A stretch of DNA of 64,000 bases, from NCBI GenBank assembly GCA_044226625.1, contig JBGAGQ010000017.1, positions 1 to 64,000 of the forward strand, written 5' to 3'. Positions 56,578-64,000 of this stretch are shown piece after piece. Below the pieces are notes generated by a model, which did not search any database, was not told the origin of the DNA, and saw nothing but the letters and a program-made list of their open reading frames with translations. This stretch comes from Thermoanaerobaculia bacterium (lineage in GTDB: Bacteria > Acidobacteriota > Thermoanaerobaculia > Multivoradales > UBA5704). The position numbers were made by a program, and so were the translations under genes. Position 1 is the first letter of the stretch, and every line of letters begins with the position of its first letter.

Positions 56578-57291
56578 TCAATCAGGCTCCCGAAGCCGAT
56601 AGCCGAGGCCGTAGACGGTCTCGATCGCCTCGGCTCCCGCAGGGTCGGCTTCCGCGAGCTTCTTGCGCAGCCGCTTGACGTGGCTGTCGATCGTCCGCTC
56701 GGAGACGTAGGCGTCGTAAGGATAGCCCTCCTGCATCAGCTGGGCGCGCGTCTTGACGTGCCCCGGCCGCCGGGCAAGGGCGGCAAGCAGGGTGAACTCG
56801 GTGACCGTGAGGTCGAGTGCCGTCTCGCCCGAGCGCGCTCGGTAGCGTTTGGGATCCAGCGTGAGCGCGCCGACGTGGATCAGCTGCTCGGGCTCTTCGG
56901 GCTCCGCGGCGTGGGCCGCGCGGCGCAGCAGGACCTTCACCCTCGCGACCATCTCGCGGAGCGAAAACGGCTTGCAGAGGTAGTCGTCCGCCCCCAGCTC
57001 CAGGCCGAGCACCCGGTCGAACTCCTCGTCTCGCGAGGTGACGAAGAGAATCGGCAGACGTTCCGAATGCGCACGCAGCCGGCGGCAGAGCTCGCGCCCG
57101 TCGAGGCCCGGCAGGAGGATGTCGAGGATCGCCAGGTCCGGAAGCCCTCGCTCGAAAGAGGTCCAGGCGGCCAGACCGTCGGCGTACGGTTCGACCCGAT
57201 AGCCTTCGCGGGCGAGCGCCGTGCGCATCGTCTCGCGCACGCCTTCCTCGTCCTCGACCAGAGCGATCCGGGCTCCGCTAGGGGGTGTCAT
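56578..57291 (-). CDS. ChvI-like OmpR-family response regulator
   Basis: LVEDE, LAILDI, KPFS, LTVTEF..RPGHVK, RTIDSHVKRLRKK, IETVYGLGY. Confidence 0.9.
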   Translation of the reverse strand: MTPPSGARIALVEDEEGVRETMRTALAREGYRVEPYADGLAAWTSFERGLPDLAILDILLPGLDGRELCRRLRAHSERLPILFVTSRDEEFDRVLGLELGADDYLCKPFSLREMVARVKVLLRRAAHAAEPEEPEQLIHVGALTLDPKRYRARSGETALDLTVTEFTLLAALARRPGHVKTRAQLMQEGYPYDAYVSERTIDSHVKRLRKKLAEADPAGAEAIETVYGLGYRLREPD

Positions 57292-57331
57292 GTCGCGAAA
57301 CTCTAGCCCAGCCTCGCCGCGATGGCCCTCG

Positions 57332-57353
57332 CGCCACGATTTCGCCATGATCT
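57332..57353. promoter_or_regulatory. Tandem direct repeat, candidate OmpR-family binding site
   Basis: CGCCACGATTT / CGCCATGATCT with 11-bp periodicity in the divergent regulator-creD intergenic region. Confidence 0.5.
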
Positions 57354-57464
57354 TCCTCGGCGATGCCATCCATCGGCCGCACCACGTCCTTCGCGCTTCG
57401 CTCGAATGGCCGCGAACCGGGCGCCGGCCTTTGGTGCCGCGCGTCAGATCGGAGGGACTCTGAG

Positions 57465-58886
57465 ATGTTCGAAACGGAACGGCCGCGCTCTTGGCGCGAC
57501 TCGAAATTGATCAAGGTGATGGGCGTCGGGATTCTGGTGCTGCTGCTCCTGATTCCGCTCGCCATGGTGCACGGCCTGGTGAGCGAACGGCAGCAGCGCC
57601 AGCTGTCGGTCGAGCAGGAGCTCGCTTCCGTCTGGGGTGGCGCCCAGAAAATCGGCGGACCGGTGCTCACGGTTCCCTACAGCTCGCTCTGCGACGTGCA
57701 GTCGACGGCGCCGAACGGGCAGATGACTCACGTGCTCGAGAACTGCGAGAAGCAGGCGCATTTCCTTCCGGAGACGTTGTCGATCGAGGGGCGGGTCGTG
57801 CCGGAAGTCCGTTCGCGCGGAATCTTCGACGTGGTCGTCTACCGGACCGAGCTCAAGATCTCGGGAACGTTCGCGCCTCCGAACTTCGACGAGCTCGCGC
57901 GCGACGCCACGGCGGGGGCGGGGGGGCCGGTCGGGGAGCCCCACAGGGAGCGCGCGTCCCTCGGAATGGGGATCCCCGATCTCCGTGGCATCCGGGGCCG
58001 GGTCGACCTCGACTGGCACGGAAGGAAGGTTGCGTTCTCGCCCGGCGCGGCGGATCCGAATCTCTGGGCCACGGGGCTCCGGGCGCCGCTCGCCGTCGTC
58101 GCGGGCGACCTCACCAAGGCCCCCGACGGTGGCCGCATTCCGTTTGCCTTCACGATCAATCTGGCCGGCTCCAGCCGGCTCGATGTGCTGCCGTTCGGTC
58201 GGCAGACCCACGTCCGGCTCGCCTCGTCCTGGGGGAGCCCGGGGTTCACCGGCGCGTTCCTCCCTGAGACGCGGCAGGTCGGGAAAGACGGCTTCAACGC
58301 CACCTGGAACGTCTCGTACTACGGCCGGAGCTATCCGCAACTCTGGTCTTCGGAACAGACCCCCGAGCTCTCCTCGGCGATCAACGGCTCGGCGTTCGGT
58401 GTCGACTTCGTCCAGCCGGTCGACGTCTATCAGCAGACCGAGCGGTCGGTGAAATACGGCGCGCTCTTCCTGGTGCTCACCTTCGTCACCTTCTTCCTCT
58501 TCGAGTTGTTCCAACCGATCCGGGTCCACCCGGTGCAGTACCTGATGGTCGGCTCGGCGCTCTGCCTGTTCTACGTGTTGTTGCTGTCGGTCGCCGAGCA
58601 GCTTTCGTTTGCGATCGCGTACCTGATCGCTGGAGGGGCGACGGTGGCGCTGCTGGGCGCCTACGCCGGAGCGGTGCTCAAGAGCGCAGCCCGCGCGACG
58701 GTTTTCGCGGGGGTCCTCGCGATGCTCTATGCCTACCTCTATGTCCTCCTCCAGGCGGAGGACTACGCGCTTCTGCTCGGCTCGGTCGGCCTGTTCCTGA
58801 TCCTCGCTCTGGTGATGTTGATCACGCGCAAGGTCGATTGGTACGGCGGGACGCCGTCGGCGGCCGGAGCGACGAGAGCGGTTTAG
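57465..58886 (+). CDS. creD: Inner membrane protein CreD
   Basis: LLLIPL..V..LVSER, RSRGIF, WGSPGF.G.FLP, YQQTERSVKYG, HPVQYLMVG, EDYALLLGS, TRKVDWY. Confidence 0.95.
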   Translation: MFETERPRSWRDSKLIKVMGVGILVLLLLIPLAMVHGLVSERQQRQLSVEQELASVWGGAQKIGGPVLTVPYSSLCDVQSTAPNGQMTHVLENCEKQAHFLPETLSIEGRVVPEVRSRGIFDVVVYRTELKISGTFAPPNFDELARDATAGAGGPVGEPHRERASLGMGIPDLRGIRGRVDLDWHGRKVAFSPGAADPNLWATGLRAPLAVVAGDLTKAPDGGRIPFAFTINLAGSSRLDVLPFGRQTHVRLASSWGSPGFTGAFLPETRQVGKDGFNATWNVSYYGRSYPQLWSSEQTPELSSAINGSAFGVDFVQPVDVYQQTERSVKYGALFLVLTFVTFFLFELFQPIRVHPVQYLMVGSALCLFYVLLLSVAEQLSFAIAYLIAGGATVALLGAYAGAVLKSAARATVFAGVLAMLYAYLYVLLQAEDYALLLGSVGLFLILALVMLITRKVDWYGGTPSAAGATRAV

Positions 58887-58997
58887 AAAGAGCCGCCCAG
58901 GATTCACTGGGGCCGCGAAATCGGGTGGAGCCGCGTATGATGCGGTCCACCCGGATTTCGTGGACGGACTTTCGCCGGGAAGAGAGGATTCGGGCGG

Positions 58998-59756
58998 ATG
59001 TTCGGTCTCGACGAATGGCTGGTCGCGCAGAACGCCACCGGGGCGATGGCGCTCGTGGTGGCCTTGTTGCTCGGCCTTCGGCACGCGACCGATCCCGACC
59101 ATCTGACGGCGATCTCGACTCTCGTCCTTTCGGACCGGCGCGACGGCACTCGCCGGGCGACCAGGCTCGGCTTAGCCTGGGGGCTGGGGCATGCGACGAC
59201 GCTCTTCGTCTTCGGTCTGCCGGTCATCCTGTTTCGAAGCTACCTGCCGAAAGCCGTCCAGGCGGCGGCGGAGGCCACCATCGGTCTGGTGATCGCGGCC
59301 CTCGCGATCCGCCTTCTGTTGCGCTGGCGCCGCGGCGCCTTCCACATCCATCCCCACGAGCACGAGGGACGGCTCCATGCCCATCCCCACGCGCACGAGC
59401 TGCGGGCCGATTCGGAGCACGACTCGGTGAGGGCCCATGGGCATCGCCATGCCGAATCGCTGGGCCGCTCGCCGCTCACCGCATTCGGGATCGGTCTGCT
59501 ACACGGGATCGGCGGTTCGGCTGCGGTGGGAGTCTTGCTGGTCGGAGCGGTGGCAGGTCGGGGACGAGGCGTGCTCGCGCTCTTACTGTTCGCGGCCGCG
59601 ACGGCGGTTTCGATGGCGCTGGTCTCGTCGGCGTTCGGCTACGCTCTCGCGCGCGGTCCGCTCTCGCGTCTGCTCGTGCGCTGGGTCCCGCTGTTCGGGG
59701 TGTCGGGGGTGCTTTTCGGTCTCTGGTACGCCTACGCCGCGTTGCTCGGGATTTAG
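58998..59756 (+). CDS. NiCoT/UreH-like nickel-cobalt transporter
   Basis: LGLRHATDPDHL, WGLGH, His-rich loop, GLLHGIGGSA. Confidence 0.82.
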   Translation: MFGLDEWLVAQNATGAMALVVALLLGLRHATDPDHLTAISTLVLSDRRDGTRRATRLGLAWGLGHATTLFVFGLPVILFRSYLPKAVQAAAEATIGLVIAALAIRLLLRWRRGAFHIHPHEHEGRLHAHPHAHELRADSEHDSVRAHGHRHAESLGRSPLTAFGIGLLHGIGGSAAVGVLLVGAVAGRGRGVLALLLFAAATAVSMALVSSAFGYALARGPLSRLLVRWVPLFGVSGVLFGLWYAYAALLGI

Positions 59757-59821
59757 CTCCAAGGAGAGCTTCCGGGATTGCCCTCGGATCGTCGGAGAGT
59801 CGATTCACGCGAGCGCCAACG

Positions 59822-59855
59822 AAAAACGGCGCCTCGTGACCTTCGAGGCGCCGTC
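59822..59855 (-). terminator. Rho-independent terminator (minus strand)
   Basis: AAAAACGGCGCCTCG-tgacctt-CGAGGCGCCGT. Confidence 0.65.
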
Positions 59856-59919
59856 TCGTCCTGACTCAAGTCTTCAATATTCCTCAACCCGTGCCGAGAC
59901 CGGCGCGGGATGGTGTCGT

Positions 59920-60288
59920 TTACTCCTCTTCTCCCGAGTCGGCCTGGCACTGGACCAGCTCTTTGCTGGTGATCGTCCAGGTGCCCTTGCCGCCGCAGAT
60001 GTCGACCGCTTCGACGACGCACTCGTCGCCCTCTTCGTCGACGAGCTTGACGTCATAGGTATCGCACGGAATGTTGGAAAGCTTGAAAGACTCGTTCGTG
60101 CCGATCACGTCATCGCGCAGCTGGTCCGGGCCCCACTCCTCCTGCTCGGCGGGGGAGAGGAAGAACTGATGGATCTCCCACTCGCTCTTGTTGACGACCG
60201 TCACAGTGGCGTTAGCGGCGGAGGCGGCAGTCGGAAGAGCCGCAGCGATGGCGCAGAGCCCTCCCACGAGCAACACGATCTTCTTCAA
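59920..60288 (-). CDS. Small secreted acidic protein
   Basis: AAGGAG RBS, TTG start, signal peptide; VVNKS...LSP....WGPD.L...CDTYDVK. Confidence 0.8.
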   Translation of the reverse strand: MKKIVLLVGGLCAIAAALPTAASAANATVTVVNKSEWEIHQFFLSPAEQEEWGPDQLRDDVIGTNESFKLSNIPCDTYDVKLVDEEGDECVVEAVDICGGKGTWTITSKELVQCQADSGEEE

Positions 60289-60348
60289 GAGATTCTCCTT
60301 TCGGTGTAGGCCTAGAGGATACCACGCGCCGAGCTAGAATTCGCCGCG

Positions 60349-63096
60349 ATGTGGCCTTCCGCACGCTCCTCCGCCCTCTGTTTTTGCCTCGTCGCCACGG
60401 CTTTTTCACCCGCTTCTTCGCCGGCCCAAATCGCACCCTCGTCCCATTTTTCCGTGCCGATCGACGTGGTGGATGGGAAGGGGAAGAGCGTCGAGGAGAT
60501 CTCCGCCTCCGACCTGGAGGTCGTCGTCGGCAACGGACTGCCGGCGTCCGCCGTAGATCTCGGCCGGATGACCCCGGACCGGCCATGGCGGATCGTCCTG
60601 TACTTCGATCGCGTGACGAGCGGTACCCGCTCTTTGCGCGCGGCGGCGGACGTGCTCTCGGAGCAGCTGCCGGCTCTCGTGGCTTCCGGCGAGGTGGAGG
60701 TCGTCGTCGCGGAGCCCGCTCCGCGGGAGCTGGTTCCGCCGACGCGCTCGGCGGCAGCGCTCGAAGAGGCGCTTGCCCAGCTCTTCGTCACCGTGGAGGG
60801 GCGCGACGACTTGCGCGAAGGGAGGGCTCGCTTCGCGGCCCGCGCGGCGGAAGCGGGGTCCGTTCGTCGTGGTGGTGAAGCGGAGGAGGCGCTGGCCGCC
60901 GAGCAGCGGACGGCGCTTCGGCAGCAGGATCGATTCCTGACCTTTCTGGCCCAGCCGGCTTCCGAAGCGGAGAATTCCACCGCCCCTCCGGGACCGCGCG
61001 CGGTCGTGCTCGTGAGCGACGGCTATGACCTCGATCCGGCTCCCGCCTACGGGCTCTCGCAAGCAGGGATTCCGCCTCTCGATCGCGCGGCGCGGGCGAC
61101 CGCCGATGCCGCCGCGGATCTGGGTTGGACCGTCTTCGCGCTACGTCTTGGCGATGAAAAACTGCCGGACACCCGGCGGTGGGGGCTCGCGCCAATGCAA
61201 GGGGGCCTCGGCGGGCGCGTGACCTTGCCGGTGCCGGGCCCACCGGTCCCCCTCGAGCGAGCGCTTCCGTCGCTCGCCGATCCGGAGGCTCCGCTGCGTC
61301 TCCTCACGGAGGCGAGCGGCGGCGCGATGGCCGCGTCGCGCGGCGCCGTGTCGTCCCTCATCGCCTCGTTGAGCCGCCGCTGGCTCCTCACCTGGGACGG
61401 CCCGGAGATCGCGCCAGGAACGGGAGTGCCGCTCGAAATCCGAGTGAAGAAGGCGGGGCGGTTCGCGCTCGCCCCGCGACGCCTCGGTACGGGAGTCCCG
61501 GCCGAGGTGGCGGCGGCGCGGGGACGGTCGCTGCTTGCGGGCGACGACCTGGACCTCGATTTCGATCTCAAAGCTGAACGTGTGTCGGAGGCGGAGTCGT
61601 CGCCCGCCGCTCCGGCGCCGACACCCAATGCGGAGCCGTCTGCACGGATCGAGGCGCGCATGGAGAAGCTGGCGGACGATCCGGCGCTTCGCTTCACCCG
61701 CCTCGCCGATCTCTTATCGCCGCCGCAGGCGCTCGAGCCGCCGTCTTCATCGTCGGGAGATCCCGCTGCCGTGTCCTCGGAGGTACGGGTCGCGCGCTGG
61801 CCCCTCGCCCCCAGCGATCCCGGCCGTGGAGTCCTGATCGTCGACGATCCACGGACGGGGAGATTGGGCGCGGCGCTGATCGAGAGGCCGGAAGCCGAGG
61901 AGCCTGCCGTTCTGGCCGAGGCCGAGGCCTCTTCGTCCCGCGCGACGGCTCCGGTCCGCCGGCCGAAGAACGGCCTCACCGTGCGCATTCTTCGTCCGTT
62001 GCCCGGAAGGGCCGCGGGACCGGTCGAGGTCGAGGCCGACGTGCGCTGGGCGTCCGAAGCGCGGCTCGAACGGGTGGAGTTCTTCTGGGATGACGAGCTT
62101 CAGGCGACCGCGTACGAGGCGCCGTTCCGTCGATCCGTGCCGGTGCCGCGCGACGGCACGGTGGGATTTTTGCGCGTCGCGGCCCGTTTGGCCGACGGAA
62201 CGATCGCCGACGACGCCGTCCTGATGAACGCCGGCGCGGCGGGGGAGCGGGTCGACGTCCGGCTGGTCGAAGTACCGGTAATCGTCACCGATCGCGACGG
62301 CCGGCCCGTTCGGGGCCTCGCGCGCGAGGATTTTCGGCTCAAGAGAAACGGCACGCCGCAGGAGATCGCGGGATTCGCCGACGCGGGGGACCTGCCTCTC
62401 ACCCTTGCGCTCGCGGTCGATTCCTCGGCGAGCATGTTTCTCAAGCTTCCGCGCGTCGAGCGCGCGGCGCGTTCGCTTCTCCTCTCGGCGCTCGCGCCTC
62501 GCGATCGGGCTCTGCTGATCGATTTCGACTCCTCGCCGCGGCTGGTCTCGCATCCCACGCGAGACCTGGCTTCCGTCGCGGAAGCGCTCTCGTCGCTCTC
62601 GGCCGACGGCGGCACGGCGCTTTGGAGCGCCGTGAGCTTCGGGCTTTCGGAGCTTTCGGGAGTGGCCGGAAGGAAAGCTTTGGTGGTCTATTCCGATGGT
62701 GTGGGCGAGGAGGACCCGACCTCCTACGGCGAGTGCCTTCGCGCCGCGCGGTCGGCCCGCGTGCCGGTCTATCTGGTCCTTTCCGCCTCGCTTTCGGCGC
62801 GGAAGGCGGGATCGCTTCTGCGCGAGCCGCTCGGCGAGAAGCTCGAGCGGCTGGCCCGGGCGACGGGGGGCGACGCGATCTTCCTCGACGCAAGCTTGGG
62901 AGCGGATCCCGGGCCGACCGACGACCTCTCGTCGGTCTACCGGCGCATCCTCGCGGAGCTTCGAAGCCAATACGTCCTCACGTTCTATCCGCCGGAAGGG
63001 AGCAGCGACAGCTGGCAAGACTTGGCGGTCGAGGTGAAAAAGCCGGGCCTTTCGGCTCGCGCGCTCGAGGGGTACGTGCCCCGACACTCACGCTGA
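60349..63096 (+). CDS. Acidobacterial-type VWA domain protein (degenerate VWA, Ig-like domain, VWA)
   Basis: VRLVEVPVIVTDRDGRPVRGLAREDF; MIDAS motifs DSSASM, GGTAL, YSDG; ELRSQYVLTFYP. Confidence 0.85.
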   Translation: MWPSARSSALCFCLVATAFSPASSPAQIAPSSHFSVPIDVVDGKGKSVEEISASDLEVVVGNGLPASAVDLGRMTPDRPWRIVLYFDRVTSGTRSLRAAADVLSEQLPALVASGEVEVVVAEPAPRELVPPTRSAAALEEALAQLFVTVEGRDDLREGRARFAARAAEAGSVRRGGEAEEALAAEQRTALRQQDRFLTFLAQPASEAENSTAPPGPRAVVLVSDGYDLDPAPAYGLSQAGIPPLDRAARATADAAADLGWTVFALRLGDEKLPDTRRWGLAPMQGGLGGRVTLPVPGPPVPLERALPSLADPEAPLRLLTEASGGAMAASRGAVSSLIASLSRRWLLTWDGPEIAPGTGVPLEIRVKKAGRFALAPRRLGTGVPAEVAAARGRSLLAGDDLDLDFDLKAERVSEAESSPAAPAPTPNAEPSARIEARMEKLADDPALRFTRLADLLSPPQALEPPSSSSGDPAAVSSEVRVARWPLAPSDPGRGVLIVDDPRTGRLGAALIERPEAEEPAVLAEAEASSSRATAPVRRPKNGLTVRILRPLPGRAAGPVEVEADVRWASEARLERVEFFWDDELQATAYEAPFRRSVPVPRDGTVGFLRVAARLADGTIADDAVLMNAGAAGERVDVRLVEVPVIVTDRDGRPVRGLAREDFRLKRNGTPQEIAGFADAGDLPLTLALAVDSSASMFLKLPRVERAARSLLLSALAPRDRALLIDFDSSPRLVSHPTRDLASVAEALSSLSADGGTALWSAVSFGLSELSGVAGRKALVVYSDGVGEEDPTSYGECLRAARSARVPVYLVLSASLSARKAGSLLREPLGEKLERLARATGGDAIFLDASLGADPGPTDDLSSVYRRILAELRSQYVLTFYPPEGSSDSWQDLAVEVKKPGLSARALEGYVPRHSR

Positions 63097-63171
63097 AGCC
63101 GAACGCCGCCGCGTGAAACAGGTCCCCGAGGACCGGCGTAGTGGAGAGCGACGCCCTTGGGGGAAACTCTC

Positions 63172-64000
63172 ATGCGCTCGCTTCTCGACGACCTCAAATA
63201 CGCACTTCGCTTGCTTCGGAAAAGCCCCGGTTTCGCTTCGGCCTCGATCCTCACGCTAGCGCTCGCCATCGGCGCCAACACGGCGATTTTTTCGGTGGCC
63301 TACGGCATTTTGCTCGCGCCGCCGCCGTTTCCCGATCCTGAACGCCTCGCCGAGGTGCTCCGCAAATTCTCGCAAGGGACGGTGCCGTCGGTTTCCTCGA
63401 CCCGTTTCTTCTATTGGCGCGAAAACAGCAAGGCGTTCTCCGACCTCGCCGTTTACGACGACATCGGCTCGGGCTTCAACTTGACCGGCGACGGCAAGCC
63501 GGAGCGGATCGTCGGCTCTCGTGTCTCGCGCGATTTCTTCCGCGTCTTGAGGGTCAATCCCACCCTCGGCCGCTCCTTCGCCGCGGAGGAAGACGCTCCT
63601 GGTGGGCCGCGGGCCGTGGTCCTCTCCGACGCCCTGTGGCACCGCCGTTTCGGAGGCGATCCCAAGGCGGTCGGGCGGGTGATTCAGTTGAACGGCGATC
63701 CATACTCGGTCGTGGGGGTGATGCCCGCCTCGTTCCGCTACCCTCCGACCGCCGAGCTTTGGACGGCTCTTCAGGCGAACCCCGCGACGACCGAGGTGGC
63801 CAACTATCTGCGTTTGATGGGCCGGCTCGCCCCAGGAAAGAGCTTGGAGGAAGCGCAGGCGGAAGCGCCGCTTCTCGCCAAGTCGCTCGGCAAGCGCTAT
63901 CCCAACCTCCCCTTCTCGCCCGACGAGAGCGCGACGGTGCAGAGCCTGCAAGACCGATTGGGGCGCGGGGTGCGACCTGCGCTCGTAATCCTGCTCGGTG
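63172..64000 (+). CDS. ADOP/MacB-like ABC permease (truncated by window end; absent from the ORF track)
   Basis: MRSLLDDLKYALRLLRKSPGF...LTLALAIGANTAIFSV, PDPERL, GRSF. Confidence 0.9.
   Translation, partial: MRSLLDDLKYALRLLRKSPGFASASILTLALAIGANTAIFSVAYGILLAPPPFPDPERLAEVLRKFSQGTVPSVSSTRFFYWRENSKAFSDLAVYDDIGSGFNLTGDGKPERIVGSRVSRDFFRVLRVNPTLGRSFAAEEDAPGGPRAVVLSDALWHRRFGGDPKAVGRVIQLNGDPYSVVGVMPASFRYPPTAELWTALQANPATTEVANYLRLMGRLAPGKSLEEAQAEAPLLAKSLGKRYPNLPFSPDESATVQSLQDRLGRGVRPALVILLG

Noticed and set aside
1-64000. tRNA, rRNA, integrase, transposase or prophage genes
   Set aside because: None recognised by eye, including no selC; a covariance-model scan was not possible.

Overview
High-GC bacterial DNA, most likely Acidobacteriota. 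This is inferred from an ADOP-type permease, an acidobacterial VWA protein, an ELWxxDGT repeat protein and exosortase H. From left to right the window holds: (1) a purine/urate catabolism locus (allantoicase end, uraD, uraH, uricase; on the opposite strand a three-subunit xanthine-dehydrogenase-family enzyme and an HpcH/CitE-fold gene); (2) nfeD-SPFH, SPOR, lnt, and prfB with its programmed +1 frameshift; (3) an accessory stretch with an orphan HNH effector-like gene, a ThiS/MoaD plus beta-propeller pair, a vanadium haloperoxidase beside an FMN alpha-hydroxy-acid oxidase, and a vapBC whose toxin carries a nonsense codon; (4) a seven-gene KAS III/adenylate-forming/glycosyltransferase cluster; (5) uvrC, a TldD/PmbA-like gene, an amidohydrolase and a signal-peptide-bearing PIMT variant; (6) two SPFH genes followed by MoxR and a duplicated-metallopeptidase/VWA gene; (7) two adjacent genes that the ORF track splits, each read here as a selenoprotein with an in-frame UGA and a SECIS-like hairpin (a membrane-anchored deiodinase-like protein and an orphan PrdB/GrdB-like protein); (8) a large cytochrome with a P460-like domain and six CxxCH motifs; (9) DDAH, xrtH, pyrR-pyrB-pyrC, a ChvG/ChvI-like system divergent from creD, a NiCoT-like transporter, a VWA protein and a truncated permease. 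The selenoprotein pair is the strongest hidden signal. All calls come from reading motifs by eye; no searches were run.
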